From Paracoccaceae bacterium (GTDB taxonomy: Bacteria > Pseudomonadota > Alphaproteobacteria > Rhodobacterales > Rhodobacteraceae): 64,000 nucleotides of DNA. The stretch lies in NCBI GenBank assembly GCA_028284705.1, contig JANQRE010000009.1, forward strand, positions 1,600 to 65,599, written 5' to 3'. This document shows, piece by piece, positions 38,013 to 47,621 of the stretch. The translations under genes were made by a program, and so were the position numbers. The notes under the pieces were generated by a model. The model had not been told where the DNA came from and made no database searches. It saw only the letters and a list, made by a program, of their open reading frames with translations. Each line of letters begins with the position of its first letter. Positions within the stretch are counted from its first letter, which is position 1.

Positions 38013-39107
38013 TTACTTGCGCTCAAATGGAGACAAAAGCTCCCATTTGAATGTGACCCCGGTGCCCGGCACATCCGGTGCAACGGCCATGTGATTTTCG
38101 ACGACAAGAGGCCGCTCGGTATAGCGGTCGATGGGGAAGGAATGCACCTCCAGCCAGCCGCCATGGGGTTGGGCTGAGACGAGGCTGACATGTAGCTCCT
38201 GCATGCCATGAGAGCAGACCGGGATGCCCGTGTCTTTGATCAGGTCGGCGACCTGCAGCCAGCCGGTGATGCCCCCACAATTGGACGCATCGGGCTGAAA
38301 GAACGACAGGTTCGCATCCGCCAGCGCATATTCGAACTCATGGATCGCGTGCAGGTTTTCACCCATGGCAAGCGGCATGCCGGTGGCCTCGGCGATCCGG
38401 GCAAAGCCTTTGTAATCGTCGGGGATCGTCGGCTCTTCAAACCAGAAAATATCGTAAGGTTTGAAGGCGTTGGCGGCGGCAATGGCCTCGTCCACACTCA
38501 TCGAGTAATTCGCGTCAACCATGAAGGTCACATCCGGGCCGATCAGCTCCCGCACGGCTTTGATGCGCGCGATATCCTCTTCCAATGTCGGTTGGCCGAT
38601 CTTGATCTTCACCGCGTTGAAGCCTGCGTCCAGATAGCCTTGGATCGAGGCCAGAAGCTTCGGCAGCGGAAACCCCAGATCGATCCCGCCGCAATAGGCT
38701 TTGCAGCGGTCGGACGCACCACCAGCCGCACTCACCAATGATTGCCCCTTGCGTTTCAGCACAGCGTCCCAAAGCGCAATATCCACGGCTGAGATTGCGA
38801 AAGACGCGATGCCCCCGCGCGCTACGTAATGCACATGCCATTGCATGGCCTCATAGAGGGTCTCCGGATCGGCCTCTCGACCAACCAGAAACGGCGCCAG
38901 ATCGTCGCGGATCATCGCGAGGATCGCCGTCCCACCCTTGCCGCCGGTATACGTATAGCCCGTGCCGGTAGTGCCATCGGCAAGTGTCACCGTCGCGGTG
39001 ACAAGCTGAAAATGCGTGTGATCTCCGTGCTTTGCATCGACCAGCACCTCATCCAAAGGCACATCAAACAGCCTTGCGTCCAGTGCGGTGATCTCAGCCA
39101 TCACCAA
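38013..39107 (-). CDS. Enolase-superfamily (mandelate racemase subgroup) acid-sugar dehydratase
   Basis: 364 aa with KIKIG (KxK), DANYS, FEEP and GEN metal ligands and a late His. Confidence 0.8.
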   Translation of the reverse strand: MVMAEITALDARLFDVPLDEVLVDAKHGDHTHFQLVTATVTLADGTTGTGYTYTGGKGGTAILAMIRDDLAPFLVGREADPETLYEAMQWHVHYVARGGIASFAISAVDIALWDAVLKRKGQSLVSAAGGASDRCKAYCGGIDLGFPLPKLLASIQGYLDAGFNAVKIKIGQPTLEEDIARIKAVRELIGPDVTFMVDANYSMSVDEAIAAANAFKPYDIFWFEEPTIPDDYKGFARIAEATGMPLAMGENLHAIHEFEYALADANLSFFQPDASNCGGITGWLQVADLIKDTGIPVCSHGMQELHVSLVSAQPHGGWLEVHSFPIDRYTERPLVVENHMAVAPDVPGTGVTFKWELLSPFERK

Positions 39108-39179
39108 GCCTCACCGCAACTGGGGGATTTATCCCCCAGCCGGGTCGCTCCTCGCGCAAGCGAGGGCGAAAGCCCCCTC

Positions 39180-40130
39180 TCACATATGCGCGCATTCCGG
39201 CACAGGCGTTTTCGGGCTGCCATCCTCCAGCCATTGCAGCAGGTTGTCGACGGTCAGATTGCCCATCGCCGCGCGGGTCTCCAGCGTCGCCGAACCCACA
39301 TGCGGCAACAATACCGTCCGATCCGAGGCTTTCAGCGCGTCGGGGATATGCGGCTCCCGTTCAAACACATCAAGCCCCGCCATCCCCAATGTTCCCGCCT
39401 CAAGCGCCGCAATCAGCGCCGCCTCATCCACCACCGAGCCACGCGAGACATTGATCAAAAGCCCGTTCGGCCCCAGCTCCTCAAGTACCGCGGCATCCAC
39501 CAGTTTCTCGGTCGCAGGGCCGCCGGGCGTGATGCAGATCAAAACATCGGCTCGTCGCGCCATGTCTTTGAGAACAGGGACATATTCGTAAGGCACATCC
39601 TTCTCGCTCCGGGTGTGATAGAGGATCTTCCCACCAAAAACTTCCAGCCGCCGCGCGATCTCCTGCCCGATCCGGCCCATGCCCAGAATGCCGTAACGCA
39701 ACCCGTCCGGGGAGCGCGACAAAGGCGCATTGCCCTTCGCCTCCCAGTCGCCGGAACGGGCATAGGCCTCGTCATGGCGGAAATTGCGCAGGCAGGTGAG
39801 CAGAAGCATCAGCGTCGTGTTCGCCACCTCACCGTTCAGAACATCCGGCGTGTGGCTGACTTTGATGCCGCGCGCGACACAGGCCTCGGTGTCAATCGCG
39901 TCATAGCCCACGCCGTAGCTGGAGGCGACTTTCAGGTTCGGCAGGGCGTCCAGAACATGGGCCGGAACGCCCAGATGACCATCTGTGCACACCGCTTCGA
40001 CCTTGCTTCCATGTTCCGCCGCCCAGGTATCGAAATCCTCAATCTCCCTCAGGAAATGCAACGTGAAAGCAGGCGCAAGCCGCTGATGCATCGCATCCGT
40101 GATGTTGCAGATGACGAGGCAGTCAGGCAT
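39180..40130 (-). CDS. D-isomer-specific 2-hydroxyacid dehydrogenase (glyoxylate/hydroxypyruvate reductase-like)
   Basis: 316 aa with motifs GILGMGRIGQEIARR, SRG..VD and PH.GSAT. Confidence 0.85.
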   Translation of the reverse strand: MPDCLVICNITDAMHQRLAPAFTLHFLREIEDFDTWAAEHGSKVEAVCTDGHLGVPAHVLDALPNLKVASSYGVGYDAIDTEACVARGIKVSHTPDVLNGEVANTTLMLLLTCLRNFRHDEAYARSGDWEAKGNAPLSRSPDGLRYGILGMGRIGQEIARRLEVFGGKILYHTRSEKDVPYEYVPVLKDMARRADVLICITPGGPATEKLVDAAVLEELGPNGLLINVSRGSVVDEAALIAALEAGTLGMAGLDVFEREPHIPDALKASDRTVLLPHVGSATLETRAAMGNLTVDNLLQWLEDGSPKTPVPECAHM

Positions 40131-40971
40131 CCGCGCGCACCCTCTGGCGCTGCGTGCCCAGGCCTTCGATCTCCAACGCCATCACATCGCCTTCTTTCAG
40201 ATAGACCGGCTCGGGCTTGATCCCCATGCCGACGCCCGGCGGCGTGCCGGTGGAGATCACATCGCCCGGATGCAGCGTCATCAGTTGCGACAGATGTTCA
40301 ATGATCTCCGCCACGGTGAAGATCATCGTGTTGGTATTGCCCGTCTGCATGCGCTTGCCGTTCACATCGAGCGACATGGCGAGGTTTTGCACATCCCCGA
40401 TCTCGTCCTTGGTCACCAGCCAGGGCCCCGTCGGCCCGAACGTGTCACAGCTTTTGCCTTTGGTCCATTGCCCGGTCAGTTGGGTCTGGAAATGTCGCTC
40501 CGAGACATCGTTGACGATGCAATACCCTGCGACGTGATCCAGTGCGGTCTCCAGTGTCGCGTATTTGCACTCCATGCCGATTACTACGCCCAGTTCGACT
40601 TCCCAATCAGTATGGGTGGAGCCGCGCGGCATGACGACATCGTCATTCGCTCCGACAATCGCGGAGTTGGCCTTGAAGAACAGAATCGGATGTTTCGGGA
40701 TCGCCGCCCCGGTCTCGGCGGCATGGTCGGAATAGTTCAGCCCGATGCACAAAAACTTGCCGATATCGCCCACACATGGGCCAATGCGCGGATCACCCTC
40801 GACCTCCGGCAGCATGGCCGGATCAATCGCGCGCAGGCGGTCCAGGCTGTTTTCCCCCAGAACATCCCCGTTGATATCGGCCACTTTGGTGGAAAGATCG
40901 CGCAGGGTGCCATCGGCATCGATCATGCCGGGGCGTTCCGCGCCGGGCTCTCCGTATCTCACCAGTTTCAT
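40123..40971 (-). CDS. Fumarylacetoacetate hydrolase (FAH) family protein
   Basis: 282 aa. The N-terminal MKLVRYGEPG...G.IDADG pattern, the DWEVELGVVIG motif and GDVISTGTP are present. Confidence 0.85.
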   Translation of the reverse strand: MKLVRYGEPGAERPGMIDADGTLRDLSTKVADINGDVLGENSLDRLRAIDPAMLPEVEGDPRIGPCVGDIGKFLCIGLNYSDHAAETGAAIPKHPILFFKANSAIVGANDDVVMPRGSTHTDWEVELGVVIGMECKYATLETALDHVAGYCIVNDVSERHFQTQLTGQWTKGKSCDTFGPTGPWLVTKDEIGDVQNLAMSLDVNGKRMQTGNTNTMIFTVAEIIEHLSQLMTLHPGDVISTGTPPGVGMGIKPEPVYLKEGDVMALEIEGLGTQRQRVRADA

Positions 40972-40981
40972 CTCTGTCTCC

Positions 40982-42769
40982 TCAGTGGTTGTCGCGCGGC
41001 ATGAATTTCCGCGAGATGTCCTGATATTTCGCCGCCCCGTCGAGAGTCATCCCTTCCGCGAAAGGCCGCACGAGCGAACGGAAAATCTCCTGCCACGGTG
41101 TCTGACTGTCCGGCACCTCGATCGCGCCGCCAACCAGTTTCTCAGCCCGCGCTTTCAACTCAGCGTCTTCCACAAGCATATTGGCCGTGCAGGCATTGAG
41201 ATCGATCCGCACCCGGTCGCCGGTCTGCACCAAGGCGAGCCCGCCGCCATCCGCCGCCTCCGGCGAGGCGTTCAGAATGGAAGGTGAGCCGGAGGTGCCC
41301 GACTGACGTCCATCACCCAGACAGGGCAGGGCATGGATGTCCTTCTTCAGCAGATAGGCTGGCGGGCGCATATTCACCACTTCGGCGCCGCCCGGATACC
41401 CCTTCGGCCCCGCACCGCGCATGATCAGGATGCAGTGCTCATCGATCCCGAGGCTCTCATCATCGATCCGGTGGTGGAAATCCTCCGGCCCGTCAAAGAC
41501 AATCGCGCGGCCCTCGAAGGCGTTCGGATCATCGGGGTTCGACAGGTAACGATCCCGGAACTCCTTTGAAATCACGGAGGTTTTCATGATCGCCGAGTCA
41601 AAGAGGTTGCCTTTGAGGTTGATGAACCCGGCCGCCTCGACCAGCGGATTGGAAGCCCGCCGGATCACCTCATCATTGTCGGTTTCCACCTGCGCACAGT
41701 TCTCGCGCATCGTCTTGCCGTTTGCCGTCATCACGTCCGGATGCGGCAGGAGATCGTTGCGGATCAACTCGCCGATCACCGCCGGCACGCCGCCCGCCCG
41801 ATGATAATCCTCGCCCAGATAGGCCCCGGCCGGTTGCAGGTTCACCAGAAGCGGCACGTCATGGCCATGCGCCTGCCAATCGTCATTGGTCACCTCGATC
41901 CCAAGATGTCTCGCCACACCGTTGAGATGGATCGGCGCGTTGGTCGACCCGCCAATCGCCGAATTGATCACGATGGCATTTTCAAACGCTTCCCGGGTCA
42001 TGATGTCCGAGGGCCGCAGGTCCTCCTGCACCATCTCCACGATCCGCCTACCGGTCTCGTAGGAGATCTGCCCACGTTCTCGATAGGGCGCCGGGATCGC
42101 CGCTGATCCCGGCAATTGCATGCCCAAAGCTTCCGCCAGCGAGTTCATCGTCGTCGCCGTGCCCATCGTGTTACAATAGCCCACGGACGGCGCCGAGGCC
42201 GCCGCGATTTCCATAAACCCGTCATCATCGATCTCGCCCGCCGCCAGCATCTCGCGCGCTTTCCAGATCACCGTGCCGGAGCCCGCGCGCTCGCCGCGCC
42301 ACCAACCGTTCAGCATCGGCCCGACCGACAGTGCAATCGCCGGAATATTCACCGTCGCCGCCGCCATCAACAGCGCCGGAGTGGTCTTGTCGCAGCCGAT
42401 ATTCAGCACGACCCCGTCGATGGGATAGCCAAACAGCGTCTCCACCAGCGACAGGTAGGCGAGGTTGCGGTCCAGCATTGCCGTGGGCCGCTTGCCGGTC
42501 TCCTGGATCGGGTGCACCGGCACTTCGATGACCGTACCCCCGGCGGCAATCACCCCGTCGCGCACGCGCTTGGACAGCTCAATATGGTGGCGATTACAGG
42601 GGCTTAGGTCGGAACCCGTCTGCGCAATCGCAATGATCGGTTTGCCCGATTGCAGCTCCTCTCGGGTCAGCCCGTAGTTCAGATAGCGCTCCAGATAAAG
42701 AGCCGTCATCTCGCGATTATCGGGGTTGTTGAACCATTTCTGCGATCTCAGCTCGGTCTTTTTCGCCAT
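40982..42769 (-). CDS. IlvD/Edd-family sugar-acid dehydratase (xylonate/arabinonate dehydratase-like)
   Basis: 595 aa with a CDKTTPA Fe-S loop and the MAKK...RSQKWF... N-terminus typical of the pentonate-dehydratase branch. Confidence 0.85.
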   Translation of the reverse strand: MAKKTELRSQKWFNNPDNREMTALYLERYLNYGLTREELQSGKPIIAIAQTGSDLSPCNRHHIELSKRVRDGVIAAGGTVIEVPVHPIQETGKRPTAMLDRNLAYLSLVETLFGYPIDGVVLNIGCDKTTPALLMAAATVNIPAIALSVGPMLNGWWRGERAGSGTVIWKAREMLAAGEIDDDGFMEIAAASAPSVGYCNTMGTATTMNSLAEALGMQLPGSAAIPAPYRERGQISYETGRRIVEMVQEDLRPSDIMTREAFENAIVINSAIGGSTNAPIHLNGVARHLGIEVTNDDWQAHGHDVPLLVNLQPAGAYLGEDYHRAGGVPAVIGELIRNDLLPHPDVMTANGKTMRENCAQVETDNDEVIRRASNPLVEAAGFINLKGNLFDSAIMKTSVISKEFRDRYLSNPDDPNAFEGRAIVFDGPEDFHHRIDDESLGIDEHCILIMRGAGPKGYPGGAEVVNMRPPAYLLKKDIHALPCLGDGRQSGTSGSPSILNASPEAADGGGLALVQTGDRVRIDLNACTANMLVEDAELKARAEKLVGGAIEVPDSQTPWQEIFRSLVRPFAEGMTLDGAAKYQDISRKFMPRDNH

Positions 42770-42852
42770 TTCAATCTCTCGTTAAGGTTAACGCGCGCGC
42801 TCCGCATCTTCCCATGTTTCAAAAATACTTCCCCGCGGGAGGCGTCCCACAC

Positions 42853-43605
42853 TCAGCCACTCCACCCGCCATCGATCACATGGGGCTGACCGGTGACAAA
42901 GGCGCTCTCGTCACTCGCCAGATAGACCACCAAAGCCGCAATCTCCTCTGCCGTCGCCACGCGCCCCATCGGTTGGCGCGCCACAAAGGCCTCCATCGCG
43001 GCTTCATAGCTGCCCATCTCTTCGCCGAGTGCTTTGACACGGTCATGCCAAGACGGGCTTTCGACCGTGCCGGGGCAGATACAATTGCAGCGAATGCCTT
43101 GCTTGATGTACTCGATCGCCACCGATTTTGTCAGGCCGATCACCGCCGCTTTTGTCGTGCCATAGATGAACCGGTTCGGCGCGCCGATGATCGAGGAGAG
43201 CGCAGACGACATGTTGATGATCGACCCGTTCCCACGCTCCAGCATGCCCGGCAACGCCGCCCGGATCGTGCGGAACATCGACCGCACATTGAGGTCAAAT
43301 GCGAAGTCCCAATCGGCATCCGTTGCAGCTAAAATCGATCCGTGATGCACGAACCCGGCACAGTTGAACAGCACATCCGGCTCGGCCCTCGCAACGCCCT
43401 CGGACACCGACCCGTCATCGCGCACATCCAGCACGAATGTCTCAACACTCGGATGCTCCAGCGACGCTAGTGCTTCCGAATTTAAGTCCGTCGCAAAAAC
43501 CGTTGCGCCCTCGTTGGCCATTGCCAAGGCAGAGGCGCGCCCGATGCCTTGCCCAGCGGCAGTCACCAAAGCGCGTTTTCCCTCAAGTCTTTGGGACACT
43601 TGCAT
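42853..43605 (-). CDS. Short-chain dehydrogenase/reductase (2-keto-3-deoxy-sugar-acid 4-dehydrogenase-like)
   Basis: 250 aa with TAAGQGIG, NCAG and YGTTK (catalytic YxxxK). Confidence 0.8.
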   Translation of the reverse strand: MQVSQRLEGKRALVTAAGQGIGRASALAMANEGATVFATDLNSEALASLEHPSVETFVLDVRDDGSVSEGVARAEPDVLFNCAGFVHHGSILAATDADWDFAFDLNVRSMFRTIRAALPGMLERGNGSIINMSSALSSIIGAPNRFIYGTTKAAVIGLTKSVAIEYIKQGIRCNCICPGTVESPSWHDRVKALGEEMGSYEAAMEAFVARQPMGRVATAEEIAALVVYLASDESAFVTGQPHVIDGGWSG

Positions 43606-43753
43606 AATCTCCGATTTTGGCAGCGCGACCCGCGCGGGCGGGCGCGGGCCTGAGTCGGATTAGGGGTAGCGCCATTGGCGGGGCTTCGCAATGCTTTCAA
43701 CTGCATTGCCGCTGCTCTAGTGTTGGTGCCAACAGCGACGGGAGGACGCGCAG

Positions 43754-44734
43754 TTGAGCACCAAAATTCTCATCCTCGGTGGGGGCGGTATGGTTGGCCA
43801 GAAGCTGGCTCACCGGCTGCTGGACCACGGCCTGAATGGCACCCGTGATCTTCAGATCACGCTGCACGATATCGGCTTTCCCGAGGACGGCGCTCCGGTG
43901 CCCGACAGGCGAATAGGCAATCTCGCGGAGATCGGTCAGGTCGAAGCACTGGCCGCCGAACGCCCGGATGTGATTTTCCACCTCGCCTCCATCGTCTCCG
44001 GCGAGGCCGAAACCAATTTCGACCTTGGTTGGAACGTCAACATGCACCCGACCTGGCGGTTCCTCGAAGCCCTCCGGGCCGAACATGAGGCCAGTGAGAG
44101 CAACTATCGCCCGCGCCTCGTCTTCACCTCCTCCATCGCGGTCTTCGGCGGGCCGTACCCCGACAAGATCGGCGACGAGTTTCTCTCCGCGCCGCAAACC
44201 AGCTACGGCGCGCAGAAGGCGATCTGCGAAACGCTGATTTCCGACTTTTCCCGCAAAGGGTTCATCGACGGGTTGTCGATCCGCTTGCCCACGATCTGCG
44301 TGCGCCCGGGCAAAGCAAATCTCGCCGCTTCGTCCTTCTTCTCGGGCATTATCAGGGAGCCCCTGAACGGGCAGGAGGCCATCCTGCCGGTCCCAGACAC
44401 CGTGCGTCACTGGCACGCCTCACCGCGCTCGGCGGCGACGTTTCTCACCCATGCCGCGGGGTTGCGCGAAGAACAGCTTCAGAACCGTCGCGCGTTGAAC
44501 CTGCCAGGGGTCAGTTGCACCGTGGCAGAACAGATCGAGGCCCTGCGTGAGATTGCAGGCAATGATGTGGTGAAGCTGATCAAACCGGAGCCCAACGAGG
44601 CGATCATGAAAATCGTCGACGGCTGGCCACGCGATTTTGCGCCTGAGCGCGCCAAGGCGCTCGGGTTCGAAGCCGAAACCGATTTCAAAGAGATCATCCG
44701 CGTCTACATGGAAGACGATCTGCCGCGTGCTTAG
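43754..44734 (+). CDS. NAD-dependent epimerase/dehydratase-family oxidoreductase (resembles acid-sugar dehydrogenases of the D-erythronate dehydrogenase type)
   Basis: 326 aa with a TTG start preceded by GGGAGGA. GGGGMVG and YGAQK (YxxxK) are present. Confidence 0.7.
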   Translation: MSTKILILGGGGMVGQKLAHRLLDHGLNGTRDLQITLHDIGFPEDGAPVPDRRIGNLAEIGQVEALAAERPDVIFHLASIVSGEAETNFDLGWNVNMHPTWRFLEALRAEHEASESNYRPRLVFTSSIAVFGGPYPDKIGDEFLSAPQTSYGAQKAICETLISDFSRKGFIDGLSIRLPTICVRPGKANLAASSFFSGIIREPLNGQEAILPVPDTVRHWHASPRSAATFLTHAAGLREEQLQNRRALNLPGVSCTVAEQIEALREIAGNDVVKLIKPEPNEAIMKIVDGWPRDFAPERAKALGFEAETDFKEIIRVYMEDDLPRA

Positions 44735-45387
44735 TCGAGATTGCGCTTCAGATGATCGTAAATCGCCTGCTGACAGGCCTCTTCATCGCGGGACAACGCG
44801 GCGTTGAGGATCGTCTCATGTTCGCGCACGATCGTCTCGAAGTAGTTGCGTCCGAAATCGCGTTCGAGGCTCACCACCTGCTGGCGGAACTGATCATAGA
44901 CGTTGCGATAGGTCGCCCGCATCATCGTAGAACCGCATGCGGAGGTGAGCGTGTCGTGGAATTCCCACTCCACATCTGACCAGAGTGAAATGACGCTGGC
45001 ATGGCTCGCATCACTCTCAATCCGCTGCTCGATATGCTTCAATTTGTAATGCGCCGCCGAGAGACGCGATTCCCACTCAATCCCGCCGCGCTGCATCGAA
45101 AGACGCGCCGCTTCCTGCTCCAGCATGATTCTGAACCGCGCCACGTCGCGACGGTGTTCCGGCGTATTTGGGGTTGCGCGAAACCCGCGCTGTTCTTCGA
45201 AACGCACGAGCCCAACATTGGCCAGACGGAACAGGATTTCGCGGATCGTATTGCCCGAACAGCCATATTTTACGCGCAATTCCTCCGATTTCAGCTTTTC
45301 GCCCGGGGCGATGTCAATCGTCACAAGACGCTTGTGCAGATCGTCGAAAATTTCCGAGGTCGCATATTTCTCGAGCGTTGAGGCCAT
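44731..45387 (-). CDS. GntR family transcriptional regulator (FadR/FCD subfamily)
   Basis: 218 aa with a winged HTH (LKSEELRVKYGCSGNTIREILFRLANVGLV) and a helical C-terminal FCD-like domain. Confidence 0.85.
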   Translation of the reverse strand: MASTLEKYATSEIFDDLHKRLVTIDIAPGEKLKSEELRVKYGCSGNTIREILFRLANVGLVRFEEQRGFRATPNTPEHRRDVARFRIMLEQEAARLSMQRGGIEWESRLSAAHYKLKHIEQRIESDASHASVISLWSDVEWEFHDTLTSACGSTMMRATYRNVYDQFRQQVVSLERDFGRNYFETIVREHETILNAALSRDEEACQQAIYDHLKRNLD

Positions 45388-45422
45388 AGGGTAGTGAACG
45401 AAATATTTTTTGCGAATACAAT

Positions 45423-45438
45423 AAAATTTCGAAATTTT
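45423..45438. promoter_or_regulatory. Perfect 16-nt palindrome in the GntR/dctP divergent intergenic region
   Basis: AAAATTTCGAAATTTT lies inside a 170-nt strongly AT-rich spacer. Confidence 0.4.
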
Positions 45439-45557
45439 TGGAAAATCTCAAATTCATGTTTGCAATATCGATTTCGCCGGTTAGGCTCGTCGCCACATCA
45501 AAAATGAAAAGTTCGGATCAACCGGACACTTAACAAAACACAGTCTGGGAGGACCCT

Positions 45558-46583
45558 ATGAAATTCCTGAAAACGGCTGCGACATCTGTCGCGGCGCTGG
45601 CAATTGCCGCCACGGGCGCATTTGCTGATGGTCATGCGACCACAAAACTGCGCATTCAGACGCACTACGCGCCGGAGACCGTCTCCGGCAAGCTGGCGGC
45701 GCAATATGTCGAGGACATCCAGGCGATGTCCAACGGCGAGATCGCCGTAGAGATGTTCTACTCATCCTCCGTGGTGAAATCGGTTGAGACCTTCGACGCT
45801 GCCGCAACGGGCATCCTTGACTGCGATATGACGGGCTCTGGCTATGCCGTTGGGAAGAACTCCGCCTTCCAGTTCGTCGCTGACATCATGGGCGGCTATG
45901 CCACGCCGTATCAGCAGCTGAGCTGGCTCTATTTCGGTGGTGGTCTTGAGGCCGCGAAGCCGCTCTACAATCAGTTCGGCATGGAGCTGATCGGCTGGTG
46001 GGTCTACGGCCAGGAGAGTTTTGCCTCCTCCAAACCGATCCGCACCGTGGAGGACTTCAAGGATTGGAAATTCCGCTCCCCTCCGGGCATGGAAACCAAG
46101 ATCTTCGAAAAGCTCGGCGCATCGCCAATCGTGATGGACTTCACCGAGATCTTCACCGCGCTTGAAACCGGCATCATTGATGGGGCAGACGCCTCCGGTC
46201 TCGCCAACAATGTGGGTCTCGGTCTCTATGACATCGTGAAGCACGCCAACTTCCCGGGCTTCCACTCGATGCCGTCGGACCACCTGGCTTGCAACAAGGC
46301 TGTCTTCGACGCGATGCCTGCGCATCACCAGAAGATCATGAAGGTGGGCATGGAGGCGCTCGCCCTGCGGACTGCGCTGACTTTCGAGAAGGCCAACGCC
46401 GAAGCTGCTGCGCAACTGCGCGAGCAAGGTGTGACGCTGCACGAATGGTCCTCCGAGGAGCTCGCCAAGTTCCGTGCGGCTGCTCAAGCCACCTGGCCTG
46501 AGTTTGCCGATACGCCGGAAGCGAAGGCTCTTGTGGAAAGCCACATGCAGTATCTCGGTCAATTGGGCCTCGTCGCCAACTAA
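45558..46583 (+). CDS. TRAP transporter substrate-binding protein (DctP family)
   Basis: 341 aa with signal peptide MKFLKTAATSVAALAIAATGAFA and a DctP-like fold pattern. Confidence 0.85.
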   Translation: MKFLKTAATSVAALAIAATGAFADGHATTKLRIQTHYAPETVSGKLAAQYVEDIQAMSNGEIAVEMFYSSSVVKSVETFDAAATGILDCDMTGSGYAVGKNSAFQFVADIMGGYATPYQQLSWLYFGGGLEAAKPLYNQFGMELIGWWVYGQESFASSKPIRTVEDFKDWKFRSPPGMETKIFEKLGASPIVMDFTEIFTALETGIIDGADASGLANNVGLGLYDIVKHANFPGFHSMPSDHLACNKAVFDAMPAHHQKIMKVGMEALALRTALTFEKANAEAAAQLREQGVTLHEWSSEELAKFRAAAQATWPEFADTPEAKALVESHMQYLGQLGLVAN

Positions 46584-46606
46584 GGCACCTGATCCGCATG
46601 CAAAAT

Positions 46607-46635
46607 ACGGGCCCCGTCGCAATGATGGGGCCCGT
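46607..46635 (+). other. Intercistronic hairpin after the binding-protein gene
   Basis: ACGGGCCCC-(11 nt)-GGGGCCCGT lies 24 nt after the dctP stop and is followed by TCTAT. Hairpins at this position often set the binding-protein-to-permease ratio. Confidence 0.45.
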
Positions 46636-46691
46636 TCTATCGGAACCCGCACCGACCAGATGTGTGGGGCCGGTAGCGAAAGGGAGGGGAC

Positions 46692-47618
46692 ATGGCTGAA
46701 ACACGCGATCACGCCACCGATGTCAGCAACGGCAGCCTCATCGAGTGGGTCTTTCCGATGGCCTTCACCTTCGTGGCCGCATGGATGGTCTGGCACTTCC
46801 CCGCTTACACCCTGACGTTTTTTCCGTGGGAGGCGGGTTCACAGCTCGATCAAACCTCGGCCCTGTTCCGGCGACGAGATGTCTCGGAACTTCCCTACCT
46901 CTTCGGCTTTGTCGATATCATCGACCTTCTCTGCCTGATCGCCCTGCCGATCCTGTTTTTCTTCGGTGTCAAAACCGTGCGTCGCGCAGGCATGGAATTT
47001 CCTGACTGGCGTCCCATCGACAAAATGGCCGTCTTCATTGGTCGCGTCACGATGATGCTCGTGGTGCTGCTTCTCTCCGTCATGCTCTACGAGGTTTTCG
47101 TCCGCTACGTCCTCGAAGCGCCCACCCTTTGGGCCAACGAGCTTTCGCTTTGGCTTGCGGGCTACGTCTTTCTCGGCGCGGGCCTCTACGCCATGCAGCA
47201 GCGCAGCCATATCCGCATCTTCCTGCTCTACGATGTCTGCCCGCGTTGGCTGCAGCGCGTCTTCGACTCTGTCTCCACGCTCCTGATCGTGATCTTCGCC
47301 TTCGCACTCGTCTATGGCGGATACGGCGAGGCCCTGGACAAGATGTGGCGGTGGGAGACCTTCGGTACCGCCTTCGATCCACCCATCCCCGCGACGATCA
47401 AGCCCACGGTGCTTGTCATCGTCTCGCTGGTCGCCGTGCAGGCCGTCCTCAACCTGATCTCCGACTGGAACGCCGAGCCGGTCAAACACACCGCTGCCGA
47501 TGACATCGACGAGGAAGAACTCGCGCGCCTGCGCGCCCAGGTGGGCGATGAAGGTGTCGGCGATCTGGATGTGACTCGCGGCTCGATCCAGGGCAATCAA
47601 AAGAAAGACGAGGGATAA
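46692..47618 (+). CDS. TRAP transporter small permease (DctQ family) with about 110-aa N-terminal extension and acidic C-terminal tail
   Basis: 308 aa. The ATG at 46692 is preceded by AGGGAGGGG. The canonical DctQ-like core begins near residue 112 (MAVFIGRVTMMLVVLLLSVMLYEVFVRYVLEAPTLWANE). The extension contains two more hydrophobic helices. Confidence 0.75.
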   Translation: MAETRDHATDVSNGSLIEWVFPMAFTFVAAWMVWHFPAYTLTFFPWEAGSQLDQTSALFRRRDVSELPYLFGFVDIIDLLCLIALPILFFFGVKTVRRAGMEFPDWRPIDKMAVFIGRVTMMLVVLLLSVMLYEVFVRYVLEAPTLWANELSLWLAGYVFLGAGLYAMQQRSHIRIFLLYDVCPRWLQRVFDSVSTLLIVIFAFALVYGGYGEALDKMWRWETFGTAFDPPIPATIKPTVLVIVSLVAVQAVLNLISDWNAEPVKHTAADDIDEEELARLRAQVGDEGVGDLDVTRGSIQGNQKKDEG

Positions 47619-47621
47619 ACC

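Noticed and set aside
43688-43734. Two short inverted repeats (GCAATGC-N8-GCATTGC and TGTTGG-TG-CCAACA) in the SDR/epimerase divergent spacer, as operators
   Set aside because: The arms are only 6-7 nt, a size expected by chance in a 148-nt spacer, and no adjacent regulator is specific to this spacer. I noted them but did not call them. The same applies to TTTAGCGCTAAA at 10284-10295, upstream of prpE.
46692-47024. A separate small membrane-protein gene upstream of a normal-length dctQ
   Set aside because: There is no in-frame stop and no Shine-Dalgarno before the internal Met codons at 46992 and 47025. The ATG at 46692 has a strong AGGGAGGGG. I therefore treat it as an N-terminal extension, though homologue alignment should confirm this.
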